DNA from: Nostoc sp.
Lineage (GTDB): Bacteria; Cyanobacteriota; Cyanobacteriia; Cyanobacteriales; Nostocaceae
Reading direction: 5' to 3'
DNA: 64,000 nucleotides
Assembly (NCBI GenBank): GCA_036918135.1
Contig: JBALDB010000001.1
Coordinates: forward strand, 137,070 to 201,069
Shown here: positions 10,104 through 20,243 of the stretch, piece after piece
Layout: every line of letters starts with the position of its first letter
Position numbering within the stretch: the first letter of the stretch is position 1
Made by a program: the position numbers and the translations under genes
The notes under the pieces: generated by a model
Told to the model about the DNA's origin: nothing
Databases searched by the model: none
The model's input: the letters and a program-made list of their open reading frames with translations, nothing else

Positions 10104-10577
10104 ATGGATATTAATGCAGCGGATTTAGAGTGTTTTCTCGAACTTTCAGTAGTCCTTACAGGTTTTTCCAAGTTTCACTTGCGGGGAACAGGTCTTGCGG
10201 AGCTTTATCTTGAAACCATTCAAGACGTGATTGGTGGAGATTTGTTTGCAGAACTGTTAACAACTTTTCATAAGTTAGAGGTTGAAAAAACAGCAAACAA
10301 CGACGAAGCGATCGCCCAAATTTTGGCGTCTGAAAAATTTGGCCCGATCGCTCGCAATATCATCAAGGTTTGGTATATGGCCACCTGGTATACACTGCCA
10401 CAATCCTGGCGGGATGTTTATGGAACCAAAGAAAAAGATGGAACCTTTATTATCAGCCCCCACGCCTATCCAGAAGGACTTTTATGGACTGCAATTGGTG
10501 TTAACCCACCTGGCGCGAAAGGCCAGGGATACGGGACTTGGAGCGAACCACCTTTAGTCAGCCTAACTAAAAGCTAA
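10104..10577 (+). CDS. FAD sugar (sorbitol/glucose) dehydrogenase small-subunit-like protein
   Basis: FLELSVVLTG, ARNIIKVWY, YPEGLLW...PPG...YGTW; RBS GGAGG; no twin-arginine signal. Confidence 0.7.
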   Translation: MDINAADLECFLELSVVLTGFSKFHLRGTGLAELYLETIQDVIGGDLFAELLTTFHKLEVEKTANNDEAIAQILASEKFGPIARNIIKVWYMATWYTLPQSWRDVYGTKEKDGTFIISPHAYPEGLLWTAIGVNPPGAKGQGYGTWSEPPLVSLTKS

Positions 10578-10691
10578 CATCGCTTCTGGGTAGGGGTTAA
10601 CGATGTTTAGCTTCCCCTGACTCAACCTCTAAAAAAAGACCCATCTTTGAACCTGACAAAATTGCAAAATTCCTACTTTATAAGACCAAAC

Positions 10692-11360
10692 ATGAGTATT
10701 ACATCTTGGTTTCGTAGATTGTCTACTATTGCCGTCTCGATTTTCCTTAGCTTAACGATTTTTACTTTGCCCGCTAAAGCTTTTGTGGCGACAGATTACC
10801 AAAAGTTATTTATAACAAACGCTTGTGTTAATTGCGATCTATCAGAAGCCGATCTATCGAACAAAGATTTATATGGCAGCACACTTGGTGGGGCAAATCT
10901 ATCCAAAGCAAATCTCTCTGGAACCCTACTCAATGATGCAAAGCTTCAAGGAGCTAATCTAACAGGAGCCAATCTATCGGGAGCTATCCTGATGGGAATT
11001 ACTTTGTCAGATGCAAACCTAACGGGGGCTAATCTTTCTCAGGCAGATTTGTATAATGCCCTCCTGAGTAAGACAAAATTGTTAAACGCAGATTTAACCG
11101 GTGCAGATCTAACAGAAGCCATTATCTCTGATGCAAATTTGTCTAATGCTTTGGGTAAAAATGCAAAGCTAAAAGGAGCAATTCTTTCTCGAGCCAATTT
11201 ATCGAGTGCAGATTTTTCCAGTAGCTACATGAGAAATACAAGGTTATCTAATGCCGTTCTTGAGGGAACAAAGTTCTATCAAGCCGATCTATCTAATTCG
11301 CTGATGCCTGACGGAACTACTTATAACGGAGATGTCTCCAAATTTGGGGCTGCTCAGTGA
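10692..11360 (+). CDS. Secreted pentapeptide-repeat protein
   Basis: Signal peptide ending LPAKA, CVNC cap, A(N/D)LxG/A repeats. Confidence 0.88.
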   Translation: MSITSWFRRLSTIAVSIFLSLTIFTLPAKAFVATDYQKLFITNACVNCDLSEADLSNKDLYGSTLGGANLSKANLSGTLLNDAKLQGANLTGANLSGAILMGITLSDANLTGANLSQADLYNALLSKTKLLNADLTGADLTEAIISDANLSNALGKNAKLKGAILSRANLSSADFSSSYMRNTRLSNAVLEGTKFYQADLSNSLMPDGTTYNGDVSKFGAAQ

Positions 11361-11536
11361 AAGTTGAATCCCTATAGTTTCCTTGAATTGAACTAGCAAT
11401 AATCAGCTTTGATTTTTTTAGCTAATTACTACTGATTACAAACACAGTATTAACCTAGCAAAACTCAAATAAAGACATAGAAAATTACATAGATTGGCAT
11501 AACCAAGCTATGTTAAAACAACAAGGTAAATATAAG

Positions 11537-12637
11537 ATGAATAACTCTACAGGTTGTCACCAATTCAAATCTATTGGTCGCTTATTGGTTGTGCTAGTAG
11601 CATTAGTATTTTTGGGGATGACATACTTGACTTATCCCGCCACTGCTGCTACGAATAACGACAAAACTTCATCTGACAGAAGCTCAGCTTTAGTGTCTCT
11701 AGTTCCATCTTCAAAGACAACATCTATATTCAATCCAGCAAAAGTTTATTTGGGCATTACACCGACGGGTTGGAGCAATAGTGACGATACTACTATCGAT
11801 CTCGATCCTCCCATCCGTTTTGAGCAGATTATGAGTGAAATGGCACTATCTGGCTTTAAAGGTTCGCAAACCTCACCGAAGTTTCCGCAAGATATTGATG
11901 TTTTGAAAAGAGAGTTAAAACTTCGTAAATTGACTATTTCTGAACCTTGGGTGGGCACTGAATTTACTTTAGGAAAGAATGATAAAAGCTTGGCAGAATT
12001 CAACAAACAGTTGCAATTCATGAAGCAAATCGGCGGCAGCAAAAGTATTGTGGTAGCCGAATTGGGTGGTGCTGTTCATCAAAAGCCAGTTGCTCCTTTG
12101 CCTAATAGACCAAAGTTTACTGACAAGCAATGGCAGGATCTGGCTGCTGGATTGAATAAACTTGGCTCAATAGCAAAAGAGCAAGGTATGCAAATCTCCT
12201 ACCATCCCCATATTGGTACAGGAGTAGAAGACTTGGCTGATATCGATCGCTTGATGTCAACTACCAATCCCAAATATGTCAATTTGTTACTCGATACTGG
12301 TCATTTGTACTATGCAGGAGTCGATCCTTTGGAAGTGACAAAGAAATATAGCGATCGCATCAAGCACGTTCACCTAAAAAACGTTCGCCAGCCTGTTTTA
12401 GATGAGTCTATTAAAAATGGTTGGGACTTTTTATATTCGATCAAACAAGGTATCTTTACTGTTCCTGGAGACACTAAAGAAGGCGCAATTGATTTTAAGC
12501 CGATTTTAAGTGAGCTTGCTAAAACCAATTATGAAGGATGGCTTGTAGTAGAAGCAGAACAAGATCCTAACAAAACAAATCCTTTGAACAACGCGATTCT
12601 CGCTCGTAGTTACCTACATGATGTGACAGGTTTATAA
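11537..12637 (+). CDS. myo-inosose-2 dehydratase (IolE)-like TIM-barrel protein with N-terminal signal peptide
   Basis: GITPTGWSNSD, YHPHIGT, LLDTGH, HVHLKN, FTVPGD, VEAEQDP; hydrophobic leader ending PATA. Start could be 11510. Confidence 0.8.
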   Translation: MNNSTGCHQFKSIGRLLVVLVALVFLGMTYLTYPATAATNNDKTSSDRSSALVSLVPSSKTTSIFNPAKVYLGITPTGWSNSDDTTIDLDPPIRFEQIMSEMALSGFKGSQTSPKFPQDIDVLKRELKLRKLTISEPWVGTEFTLGKNDKSLAEFNKQLQFMKQIGGSKSIVVAELGGAVHQKPVAPLPNRPKFTDKQWQDLAAGLNKLGSIAKEQGMQISYHPHIGTGVEDLADIDRLMSTTNPKYVNLLLDTGHLYYAGVDPLEVTKKYSDRIKHVHLKNVRQPVLDESIKNGWDFLYSIKQGIFTVPGDTKEGAIDFKPILSELAKTNYEGWLVVEAEQDPNKTNPLNNAILARSYLHDVTGL

Positions 12638-12762
12638 GCTATTTCAGCAAGTATCAGTAGGTCAAAAGTTGGAAATTTATATTTTTTAAATTTTAACTTG
12701 ACCTACCTACTGATGATTTTTTCATGAATAAAAGCTAGAGAAACAATTAATAGAGTATAGCA

Positions 12763-13152
12763 ATGAGATTGAGCGATAAAGAAAAGATTAGAACTATTTT
12801 TGAAGAAGTATATGCCGCTAATGTTAAATCTGAAAATTTGTCTAGTTACAGCGAGATGTATACAGAAGATGCTCTTTGGATGGCGCCAGGAGTCGCTGAC
12901 CGACTTGGGATTAGTGACATTGTTGAAGGATTTAGTCAGCAGATTGCTAACAACAGCATCGATCCAATTTTTACTGCCGAAGAAATTGAAGTTATGGGTG
13001 ATTTTGGTTACGTTATAGGAATGTCTATTGCCACAGTTTCCCCAAAAGATGGAAGTCCATCGAAACAGGTGAAATTTCGGGCATTATGGTTGATGAAAAA
13101 AGAGCATCATACCTGGAAAATTAGTCGTCAAATTTGGAATAATAAACCTTGA
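12763..13152 (+). CDS. SnoaL/NTF2-like (DUF4440/YybH) protein
   Basis: MYTEDALWMAPG, EEIEVMGDFGY, WKISRQIWN. Confidence 0.8.
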   Translation: MRLSDKEKIRTIFEEVYAANVKSENLSSYSEMYTEDALWMAPGVADRLGISDIVEGFSQQIANNSIDPIFTAEEIEVMGDFGYVIGMSIATVSPKDGSPSKQVKFRALWLMKKEHHTWKISRQIWNNKP

Positions 13153-13299
13153 TAAAATTAAGGTTTACTTCAGTAGTTTACGAGCAACAAATACTGATTT
13201 TAGTTCAAGACTTATAAGTAAGAAAATGTATTGAACTTATCAAATCAGTTTCAATTTCATAATTTTTGAATTTAACTAGCAATCTACCCCAATTTTAAT

Positions 13300-14307
13300 A
13301 TGAGCAACTCATCATCTTTGTCTGATATTTACCTTAGCTTCTTCATGTTTACTACTGATTTGAAACCTGGTGATTTAGAATATCGGCAAACAGTTTTAAA
13401 ACATATAAAAGAACTTCAAAATTTTGGTTACAACGGCTTTGAATTTCCTATTGCGTTTAACGAAAATAAAAATTACAAAAAAGATGTTGAAGATTATACG
13501 AATTTACGAGCTACTCTGGACTCACAAGGGTTTAAAAATGTAAAAATTAGTACTAATGTTGGGGCTACGCGTACCTTCGATCTCAGTTCTCCCTACCCCG
13601 AACAAAGACAAGCAGCACTAGAGTATCTCAAGTCAAGGATTGACATCACAGCTGCACTCAGGGGTGAAATTATGATGGGGCCGATTGTTATTCCTTATGG
13701 TGTTTTTCCAACTACTGACTTCAATGTTCCAATTTGGAGTGATGAGCTTCAGGAGCATTTAGCAATTCGCTATCGCAATGCTCAGATAATATTTAATCAG
13801 TTGGGTCAACATGCAGAGCAACGAAATGTTAAATTAGCAATTGAACCAATTACTCATTGGGAAACCCCAGGCCCTAACAAATTATCACAATTAATTGAGT
13901 TTTTGGATGGAGTTAATAGTAAACAAGTAGGAGTAGTGATTGATAGCGCTCACGAAACTCTTGATGGCGATGGCCCTGAGATATTCAGAGAACAAGTGAC
14001 GTATCTTGCCAAACAAAAAAGACTTCATTACGTACAAGTCTCTCCTCCCAATCGCGGGGCACTTCATACCAGTTGGCTTCCCTGGCAATCCTTTTTAGAA
14101 CCAATTTTAGAGGTCTATGATGGCCCGATCGCTGTAGAAATTTTTAATGCCATTCCTGCTTTTCTTAACTCACTTCGTTTGACTCGACGTAAATTTTGGA
14201 TTCCTGGAGAAGATACTCCAAATAAATATCCAAGTGCCTATGATATTGCCAATGAAGCTATCAAAGCTACTCGAACACAATTGGATAAAATCGGGTATTC
14301 ATGTTAA
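13300..14307 (+). CDS. Sugar isomerase/epimerase (D-tagatose 3-epimerase-like AP-endonuclease-2 TIM barrel)
   Basis: GFEFPI, LAIEPITHWE, VIDSAHE, NRG, VEIF metal-site pattern. Confidence 0.78.
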   Translation: MSNSSSLSDIYLSFFMFTTDLKPGDLEYRQTVLKHIKELQNFGYNGFEFPIAFNENKNYKKDVEDYTNLRATLDSQGFKNVKISTNVGATRTFDLSSPYPEQRQAALEYLKSRIDITAALRGEIMMGPIVIPYGVFPTTDFNVPIWSDELQEHLAIRYRNAQIIFNQLGQHAEQRNVKLAIEPITHWETPGPNKLSQLIEFLDGVNSKQVGVVIDSAHETLDGDGPEIFREQVTYLAKQKRLHYVQVSPPNRGALHTSWLPWQSFLEPILEVYDGPIAVEIFNAIPAFLNSLRLTRRKFWIPGEDTPNKYPSAYDIANEAIKATRTQLDKIGYSC

Positions 14308-14445
14308 GTATTTATCCAAAATATATTAGATGAATTTGATTTTTTCCCTTTTTATTGCCATGAATAGGGAATATAAGGGATGAAAGAAAATATTTTTCAT
14401 CTAATGTGTAATTCATTTCGTATAGGCACTTAATATTTCTCGATT

Positions 14446-16413
14446 ATGATGCTAGTTAACAAAAATCGGATGGTTTCAGTTTTTCTGGCTTTTCTCGTGG
14501 CTGTAGCTATTAGTATCTGTGGCTGGGAAGAGGCGATCGCCCAGCCAATAGTCGGTCTCAAAGAAGAAATGGGCGCGTGGGAAACCATTCCTTTGTCAGC
14601 TAAAGAAAATCTGATGCAATCTGTCCATACTTTACTCCTTCCCAATGGCAAAGTATTGAGCCTCAATGGTAGTAGTTTTCGCAACACTGTAGTTATTAAC
14701 AAAGGAGAACCCAGTTTTATAGAAGGAGTTAATGTCACAGATTATGATGTCATCAACAATACTGCCCTTTTAGATCCTGAAACTGGAAAATTCGAGCGTA
14801 TTGCTTCGCCACCAGCTCAGCAATATGGAGAAATCAACGATTTATTTTGCTCCGGTCATTTACAACTAGTCGATGGTAATGTTCTTTTTATCGGTGGTAC
14901 TGGACGATACTACCCTGGAGGAGCCTTTACAGGGTCTAGACAGGTCAACCTTTATGATTGGAAAACAGGTAAGTGGTCTAGTGTCGGACAACTCAAAGAA
15001 GGACGTTGGTATCCCAGTTTAATATCCCTAGCTGATGGGAAAATAGTCATTTTTTCTGGTCTAAAATATGAAGCTCCCAATCAAATTAATCCGAGTCTAG
15101 AAATTTACGATCCCAAAACCCAAAAACTCCAGTATATCGACTTGACAAACGTCAAGAACAGTCCCTTCAACACCAAACTCACAGATGTTAATGCTTACGA
15201 TACTATAGACCTCTATCCTCGCGTTTTCCCAACTGCTGATGGCAAACTTTTGATCACTGGAGATGACGCTGGAATTGGTGGGGTCTTGGTGACACAGTCG
15301 AGTAAAAAAAGCTATTTAATGTCTGTCCATGAAGACGCAGACGGTCAATTATCCGTCAGTTTTGAAGTAGCAGCCGACCGCGGAGAGCCATCTAAAGCTT
15401 ATGGAACCGCCGTGCAAGTTCCTAATTCTGAAGATGTTTTATTACTCGGAGGTATCATCGGTACCAACGACATTAACTATGGCCGAGGAGGTAATACAGC
15501 AGGTTTTCCAAACTGGTCGAGGGTTTCTACTAGCCTCCAGCGTTGGACATCTCCCCGTAAGAGTGCAGAAAACAATGGCAAGTGGGAAATTGTCAACAAC
15601 TTTCTTAATAAACCAAGAGCTAACCTGCAAGCAGTGATTTTGCCCAATCAAGAACTATTAGTAGTCAATGGCGGTGAGTATCCAGAATACAAGCCAGTCT
15701 ATGAACCTTTGCTAATGACTCCTGATTCCAGAGCTTTTGGCGGATATATTACTAAACTGATGAATCCTGCTAAATTGCCCAGACTTTATCATAATGGAGC
15801 AATTTTGTTACCAGATGCTCGTGTTTTAATTATTGGCGGAAATGCTAATCGAACGGCACGCGAAAAAGATGGCACACTTCACGTTAATATCCAGCGAGAA
15901 CCCCTAAAATATTATTATAAATTTCCCGAACTGACAGACAAATTAGGTCAGGAGAAAAAAGAATTCAGTCTTGAAGAATATTACCAATCTCCTCAAAGTT
16001 ATTTTATTAAAGAATACCTTAATAAAGGAGACAAAGAACCTTTCGTTCCTTCTGAAATTTGGCAGGCAGAGATTTTCAGTCCGCCCTATCTGTTTAAGCC
16101 AGGTACTCGTCCTGAAATAGTCACAGCTCCTGAAAGCCTCAACTATGGTAAATCTAGCAGCATCTCAGTCAAAGATGCCACAAAAACGGGTTCTGTGGTT
16201 CTTGTTAAGTTGGGTTCAGTTACTCATTCTTTGGATTATGGGCAACGATTAGCTGATTTACCCATTGAAAATATTGATTTCAAGAATGAGTCTGCAATCA
16301 AATTTAAAGCTCCAAAAAATGCCAATCTTTACCCACCAGGCTACTACATGATGTTCTACCTCAATGAATTAGGTAAGCCTTCTCACGCCAAAATGGTAAA
16401 GCTGGAAGCTTAA
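14446..16413 (+). CDS. Secreted copper radical oxidase (galactose/glyoxal oxidase, AA5/GlxA-like)
   Basis: Signal peptide; LFCSGH (Cys), RWYPS (Tyr), RLYHNG (Tyr/His), VTHS (His); C-terminal DUF1929 PPGYYMMF. Confidence 0.9.
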   Translation: MMLVNKNRMVSVFLAFLVAVAISICGWEEAIAQPIVGLKEEMGAWETIPLSAKENLMQSVHTLLLPNGKVLSLNGSSFRNTVVINKGEPSFIEGVNVTDYDVINNTALLDPETGKFERIASPPAQQYGEINDLFCSGHLQLVDGNVLFIGGTGRYYPGGAFTGSRQVNLYDWKTGKWSSVGQLKEGRWYPSLISLADGKIVIFSGLKYEAPNQINPSLEIYDPKTQKLQYIDLTNVKNSPFNTKLTDVNAYDTIDLYPRVFPTADGKLLITGDDAGIGGVLVTQSSKKSYLMSVHEDADGQLSVSFEVAADRGEPSKAYGTAVQVPNSEDVLLLGGIIGTNDINYGRGGNTAGFPNWSRVSTSLQRWTSPRKSAENNGKWEIVNNFLNKPRANLQAVILPNQELLVVNGGEYPEYKPVYEPLLMTPDSRAFGGYITKLMNPAKLPRLYHNGAILLPDARVLIIGGNANRTAREKDGTLHVNIQREPLKYYYKFPELTDKLGQEKKEFSLEEYYQSPQSYFIKEYLNKGDKEPFVPSEIWQAEIFSPPYLFKPGTRPEIVTAPESLNYGKSSSISVKDATKTGSVVLVKLGSVTHSLDYGQRLADLPIENIDFKNESAIKFKAPKNANLYPPGYYMMFYLNELGKPSHAKMVKLEA

Positions 16414-16482
16414 GAAGGCTCATCAAATATCAAAAAGAAGGTTTTTCCTATCAAAAAAATACATTTTGTAATTAGTTAAGCA

Positions 16483-17916
16483 ATGGCACTAACAGAAGAA
16501 GATTTAAAAACCATACCCGAAGATGGCATCGATCCAGAAAATCCCGGTAAATACCAAACTTTGCTTAAAGATTTACAGGGAAATATTCTCAATGGGCATG
16601 GACGAGACCATGTCGTACATCTGTTTTTACAATTTAAATCTGGTCAAGTAAATGCAGTCAAACGATGGATTCAAAACTTTGCCCAAAAATACGTTAAATC
16701 TGCTGAGCAGCAGTCAGATGAAGCACGCGAGTATCGAACTAAAAAGATATCAGGTAGTATATTTGCTAATTTGTATTTATCTTGTCAAGGTTATGAATAT
16801 CTGCAAATAGATCCGTGGAAAATACCCGCAGATCAACCATTTAGATTAGGTATGCAAAATGGTGATATCCAGAGCTTCTTAAACGATCCACCACCGACAG
16901 ATTGGGAACCAGGATTTCAACAGAAACCAGATGCCTTACTACTTATAGCAGATGATGACTTAACAGACTTACTCAAAGCAGTTAATGAGATTTGTTCAGA
17001 ATTGTCTGGACTATCCAAAATACTTCATAGAGAAGATGGTTTTATTCTCAGAAATGCTCAAAAACAAATTGTAGAACATTTTGGTTATGTCGATGGTGTT
17101 AGTCAACCTCTATTTCTGAAACGAAATATTGCTAGCGCCCTAACTAGTAACTCTGACTTCAGCAAATGGGATCCTCGCGCTCCCCTAAGTCTGATTTTAG
17201 TTAAAGATCCCAACGGTAAGACTGAAGATAGCTACGGCAGTTATTTAGTTTGTCGCAAACTTGAACAAGATGTCCAAAAATTCCAGGAAGATGTGGGGAA
17301 ATTGGCTGACAAGTTAGGAATTAGTAAAACTTTAGCCGGAGCTTTGGTTGTGGGACGGTTTGAAGATGGAACTCCCCTAACTCTCTCAAATATACCGAGT
17401 CAAGGTACGACATCAATTAATTACGAATACTTTAATAACTTTAATTACGATTTGGATACACAAGCAACAAGGTGTCCGTTCCATACTCACATCCGCAAAG
17501 TTAATCCCAGAGGCGATACAGGTAGAGTAGAGTCTTCCCCAGGTTTTGACGAAGCTTTAAAGGTGGAAAGAAAGCATCGTATTGCTCGTCGTTCTGTGAG
17601 TTTTGGAGAACAAGATTGCACTAAAAAGCCGACAACAGGCTCAGGATTGCTGTTTCTTTGTTTTCAAGCAGATATTGAAAATCAATTCAATTTCATCCAA
17701 ACTAGATGGGCAAATCCTAAGAACTTTGTTCAAGTCAACGCTGGCCCAGATCCGCTGATTGGTCAACCACAGGGAACTCAGAAATGGCCGAAAAAATGGG
17801 GTGGATCGGAAACTGAAGAATATCAGTTTCAACTGCCAGTAAAAATGAAGGGTGGGGAATATTTTTTTGCACCTAGCCTGAGTTTTCTTAAAAATTTGGC
17901 AAGAACTAAATCGTAG
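16483..17916 (+). CDS. Dye-decolorizing (DyP-type) heme peroxidase
   Basis: DLQGNIL, EHFGYVDGVSQP (GxxDG), CPFHTHIRKVNPR (proximal His), IARRS, GLLFLCFQ, GGEYFFAPS. Confidence 0.92.
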   Translation: MALTEEDLKTIPEDGIDPENPGKYQTLLKDLQGNILNGHGRDHVVHLFLQFKSGQVNAVKRWIQNFAQKYVKSAEQQSDEAREYRTKKISGSIFANLYLSCQGYEYLQIDPWKIPADQPFRLGMQNGDIQSFLNDPPPTDWEPGFQQKPDALLLIADDDLTDLLKAVNEICSELSGLSKILHREDGFILRNAQKQIVEHFGYVDGVSQPLFLKRNIASALTSNSDFSKWDPRAPLSLILVKDPNGKTEDSYGSYLVCRKLEQDVQKFQEDVGKLADKLGISKTLAGALVVGRFEDGTPLTLSNIPSQGTTSINYEYFNNFNYDLDTQATRCPFHTHIRKVNPRGDTGRVESSPGFDEALKVERKHRIARRSVSFGEQDCTKKPTTGSGLLFLCFQADIENQFNFIQTRWANPKNFVQVNAGPDPLIGQPQGTQKWPKKWGGSETEEYQFQLPVKMKGGEYFFAPSLSFLKNLARTKS

Positions 17917-17963
17917 GTTATTGAACAGTTTAGTTAAACTTATTTGACTGCTCGATCGCCCCC

Positions 17964-18066
17964 TATAGTAATCGTATTTGAGTTGATGAAATTACTAGTA
18001 GAGTAAGAATTCAGCCACTTTTGTAATAAGCAGCAGATTGGTTTTACCAATGATTTAGGTATTGCC
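17964..18066. mobile_element. Degenerate MITE remnant
   Basis: tatagtaatcgtatttgagttgatgaa ... ttttaccaatgatttaggtattgc imperfect inverted ends. Confidence 0.35.
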
Positions 18067-18168
18067 AAAAATTCAAAATCTCTTACCAGCTATTTATACT
18101 TGGAGTTAACAATGGTATTAATGTAAAAATAAAAATCAAGAATCTTGATGACATGATTAGGTACATCT

Positions 18169-20160
18169 ATGAGCATCAACTTTGGACGTGAAATTTGTGG
18201 AAATCTTGATGCAGCAGAGTCGCGTGAATGGTTAGTAACCAATGGTCGCGGCAGCTATGCTTCAGGTACAGTAGCAGGTTTATCAACACGGGGTTATCAC
18301 GGTTTGCTTGTGGCTGCACTCCAACCACCGTTGCAGCGAACCTTACTATTAGCAAAGCTAGATGAAACGGTAGAGTATGAAGGCAGCTCTTATCCACTGT
18401 TTGTCAATCGTTGGTCAAATGGCACAGTCGATCCTCAAGGTTACCGCCATATCGAAAGCTTTTATTTAGAAGGAACAATACCTGTATGGAACTTTGCTTG
18501 TGGAGGTGCATTATTAGAGAAACGCATCTGGATGGAGCCTGGAGCCGATACCACATATATTCATTACTACTTGCGACGGGCAAAGCGATCGCTTAAGTTA
18601 TCAATCAAAGCATTTGTTAATTACCGCGATTATCACAGCAGAACCCATGCTCAAGAATCGCCTGCCAAGGATTGGCGAGTGAATGTGACTGCAATTGAGC
18701 ATGGAGTGGATATCACAGTATTTCCGGAAGCGCAACCTTTGTACTTGTTGACAGATAGCGGTAATGCTTCGCCCAATAACGAGTGGTACTACGGATTTGA
18801 ACTCGCAGCCGAAAAGGAACGCGGACTCAACGATATAGACGATCTTCTTCACGCAGCAACATTTGAGGCCACACTGGAGCCTGGAAGCTCCTTTACTTTT
18901 ATCGCTAGTACGCAGCAAAATCCTAATTTAAACGGTGCAGCAGGCTTAGACTTACGTCACCAGTACGAGCAAAAGCTGACAGCAGACTGGCAAGTTAAAC
19001 GTTCGCCACAAGCGCCTCAAGCTCCCGATTGGGTGCAGCAACTTGTGCTTGCTGCCGATCAGTTTATTGTTGAACGGCAAGGTGGAAAAACCATCATCGC
19101 TGGTTACCACTGGTTTACTGATTGGGGTCGTGACACCATGATTAGTCTACCCGGTCTGACGCTTGCCACTAATCGTCCCGAAATTGCAGACTCTATTCTT
19201 CGCACCTTTGGCGAATATATCAATAAAGGAATGTTGCCCAATCGTTTTCCTGATGATAATCAGCCACCCACAGAAGATTACTACAATACGGTTGATGCGA
19301 CACTATGGTATTTTGAAGCCATTCGCCTTTACTATGCTACAACTGGGGATGACAAGCTATTAAAAGACTTATTTCCCAAACTAACAGAGATTATCGAATT
19401 TCACCATCAAGGAACGCGCTACAATATTCGCCTCGATCCTAGTGATGGGTTGCTTTATGCAGGGCAAACAGGAGTGCAGCTTACCTGGATGGATGCCAAA
19501 GTCGGAGATTGGGTAGTTACTCCTCGCATTGGCAAGCCTATAGAAGTAAATGCCCTTTGGTATAACGCTTTGCGAACAATGTCCCAGTTCGCCCAAAAGT
19601 TAGGAGAACCTAACAAAGACTACGATGCAATGGCTGATGCCACGCAAAAAGGTTTTAATCGTTTCTGGAATGATGCCAAGGGATACTGTTTTGATATTTT
19701 AGACGGCCCAAATGGTAACGAAGCCTCTTTGCGACCAAATCAAATCTTCGCCGTATCCTTGCCAGAAAGTCCGCTTACTCCCGAACAACAACGGCAAGTA
19801 GTAGAAGCGTGCGAGCGATCGCTTCTAACTTCTCACGGATTGCGTAGTCTTGCAACTGACGATCCGCAGTATATCGGTCACTACGGTGGAGATCAATTTC
19901 ATCGTGACGGTGCCTATCACCAAGGAACAGTTTGGGAATGGTTAATTGGGCCGTTTGTCTTAGCTCACTTGCGTGTGTTCAACAACCCATCTCTTGCTCG
20001 CCAATTTCTAGAACCGATGCAGCATCACCTCTATACCGCCGGACTTGGAACTATTAGTGAAATATCAAATGGTGATGCACCAATGGAACCTAAAGGTTGT
20101 ATTGCTCAAGCTTGGTCAGTTGGAGAAGTACTCCGCGCTTGGCTAGCTACAGAGAAATAA
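18169..20160 (+). CDS. Amylo-alpha-1,6-glucosidase / glycogen debranching enzyme (GH133-like)
   Basis: REWLVTNG N-terminal domain, IIAGYHWFTDWGRDTMISLPG, LTWMDAK, AYHQGTVW, AQAWSVGE. Confidence 0.92.
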   Translation: MSINFGREICGNLDAAESREWLVTNGRGSYASGTVAGLSTRGYHGLLVAALQPPLQRTLLLAKLDETVEYEGSSYPLFVNRWSNGTVDPQGYRHIESFYLEGTIPVWNFACGGALLEKRIWMEPGADTTYIHYYLRRAKRSLKLSIKAFVNYRDYHSRTHAQESPAKDWRVNVTAIEHGVDITVFPEAQPLYLLTDSGNASPNNEWYYGFELAAEKERGLNDIDDLLHAATFEATLEPGSSFTFIASTQQNPNLNGAAGLDLRHQYEQKLTADWQVKRSPQAPQAPDWVQQLVLAADQFIVERQGGKTIIAGYHWFTDWGRDTMISLPGLTLATNRPEIADSILRTFGEYINKGMLPNRFPDDNQPPTEDYYNTVDATLWYFEAIRLYYATTGDDKLLKDLFPKLTEIIEFHHQGTRYNIRLDPSDGLLYAGQTGVQLTWMDAKVGDWVVTPRIGKPIEVNALWYNALRTMSQFAQKLGEPNKDYDAMADATQKGFNRFWNDAKGYCFDILDGPNGNEASLRPNQIFAVSLPESPLTPEQQRQVVEACERSLLTSHGLRSLATDDPQYIGHYGGDQFHRDGAYHQGTVWEWLIGPFVLAHLRVFNNPSLARQFLEPMQHHLYTAGLGTISEISNGDAPMEPKGCIAQAWSVGEVLRAWLATEK

Positions 20161-20243
20161 TATTAGGTTCGTTTGAAAGTTAATAGCAGTCATTAGCTAT
20201 TAACTATTGCAAATTAATCAAAGGTCATACAAGGAAACGAAAA

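Noticed and set aside
11537..14307. Canonical inositol catabolism operon
   Set aside because: No iolG/D/B/C/A or transporter in the window; the IolE-like protein has a leader peptide
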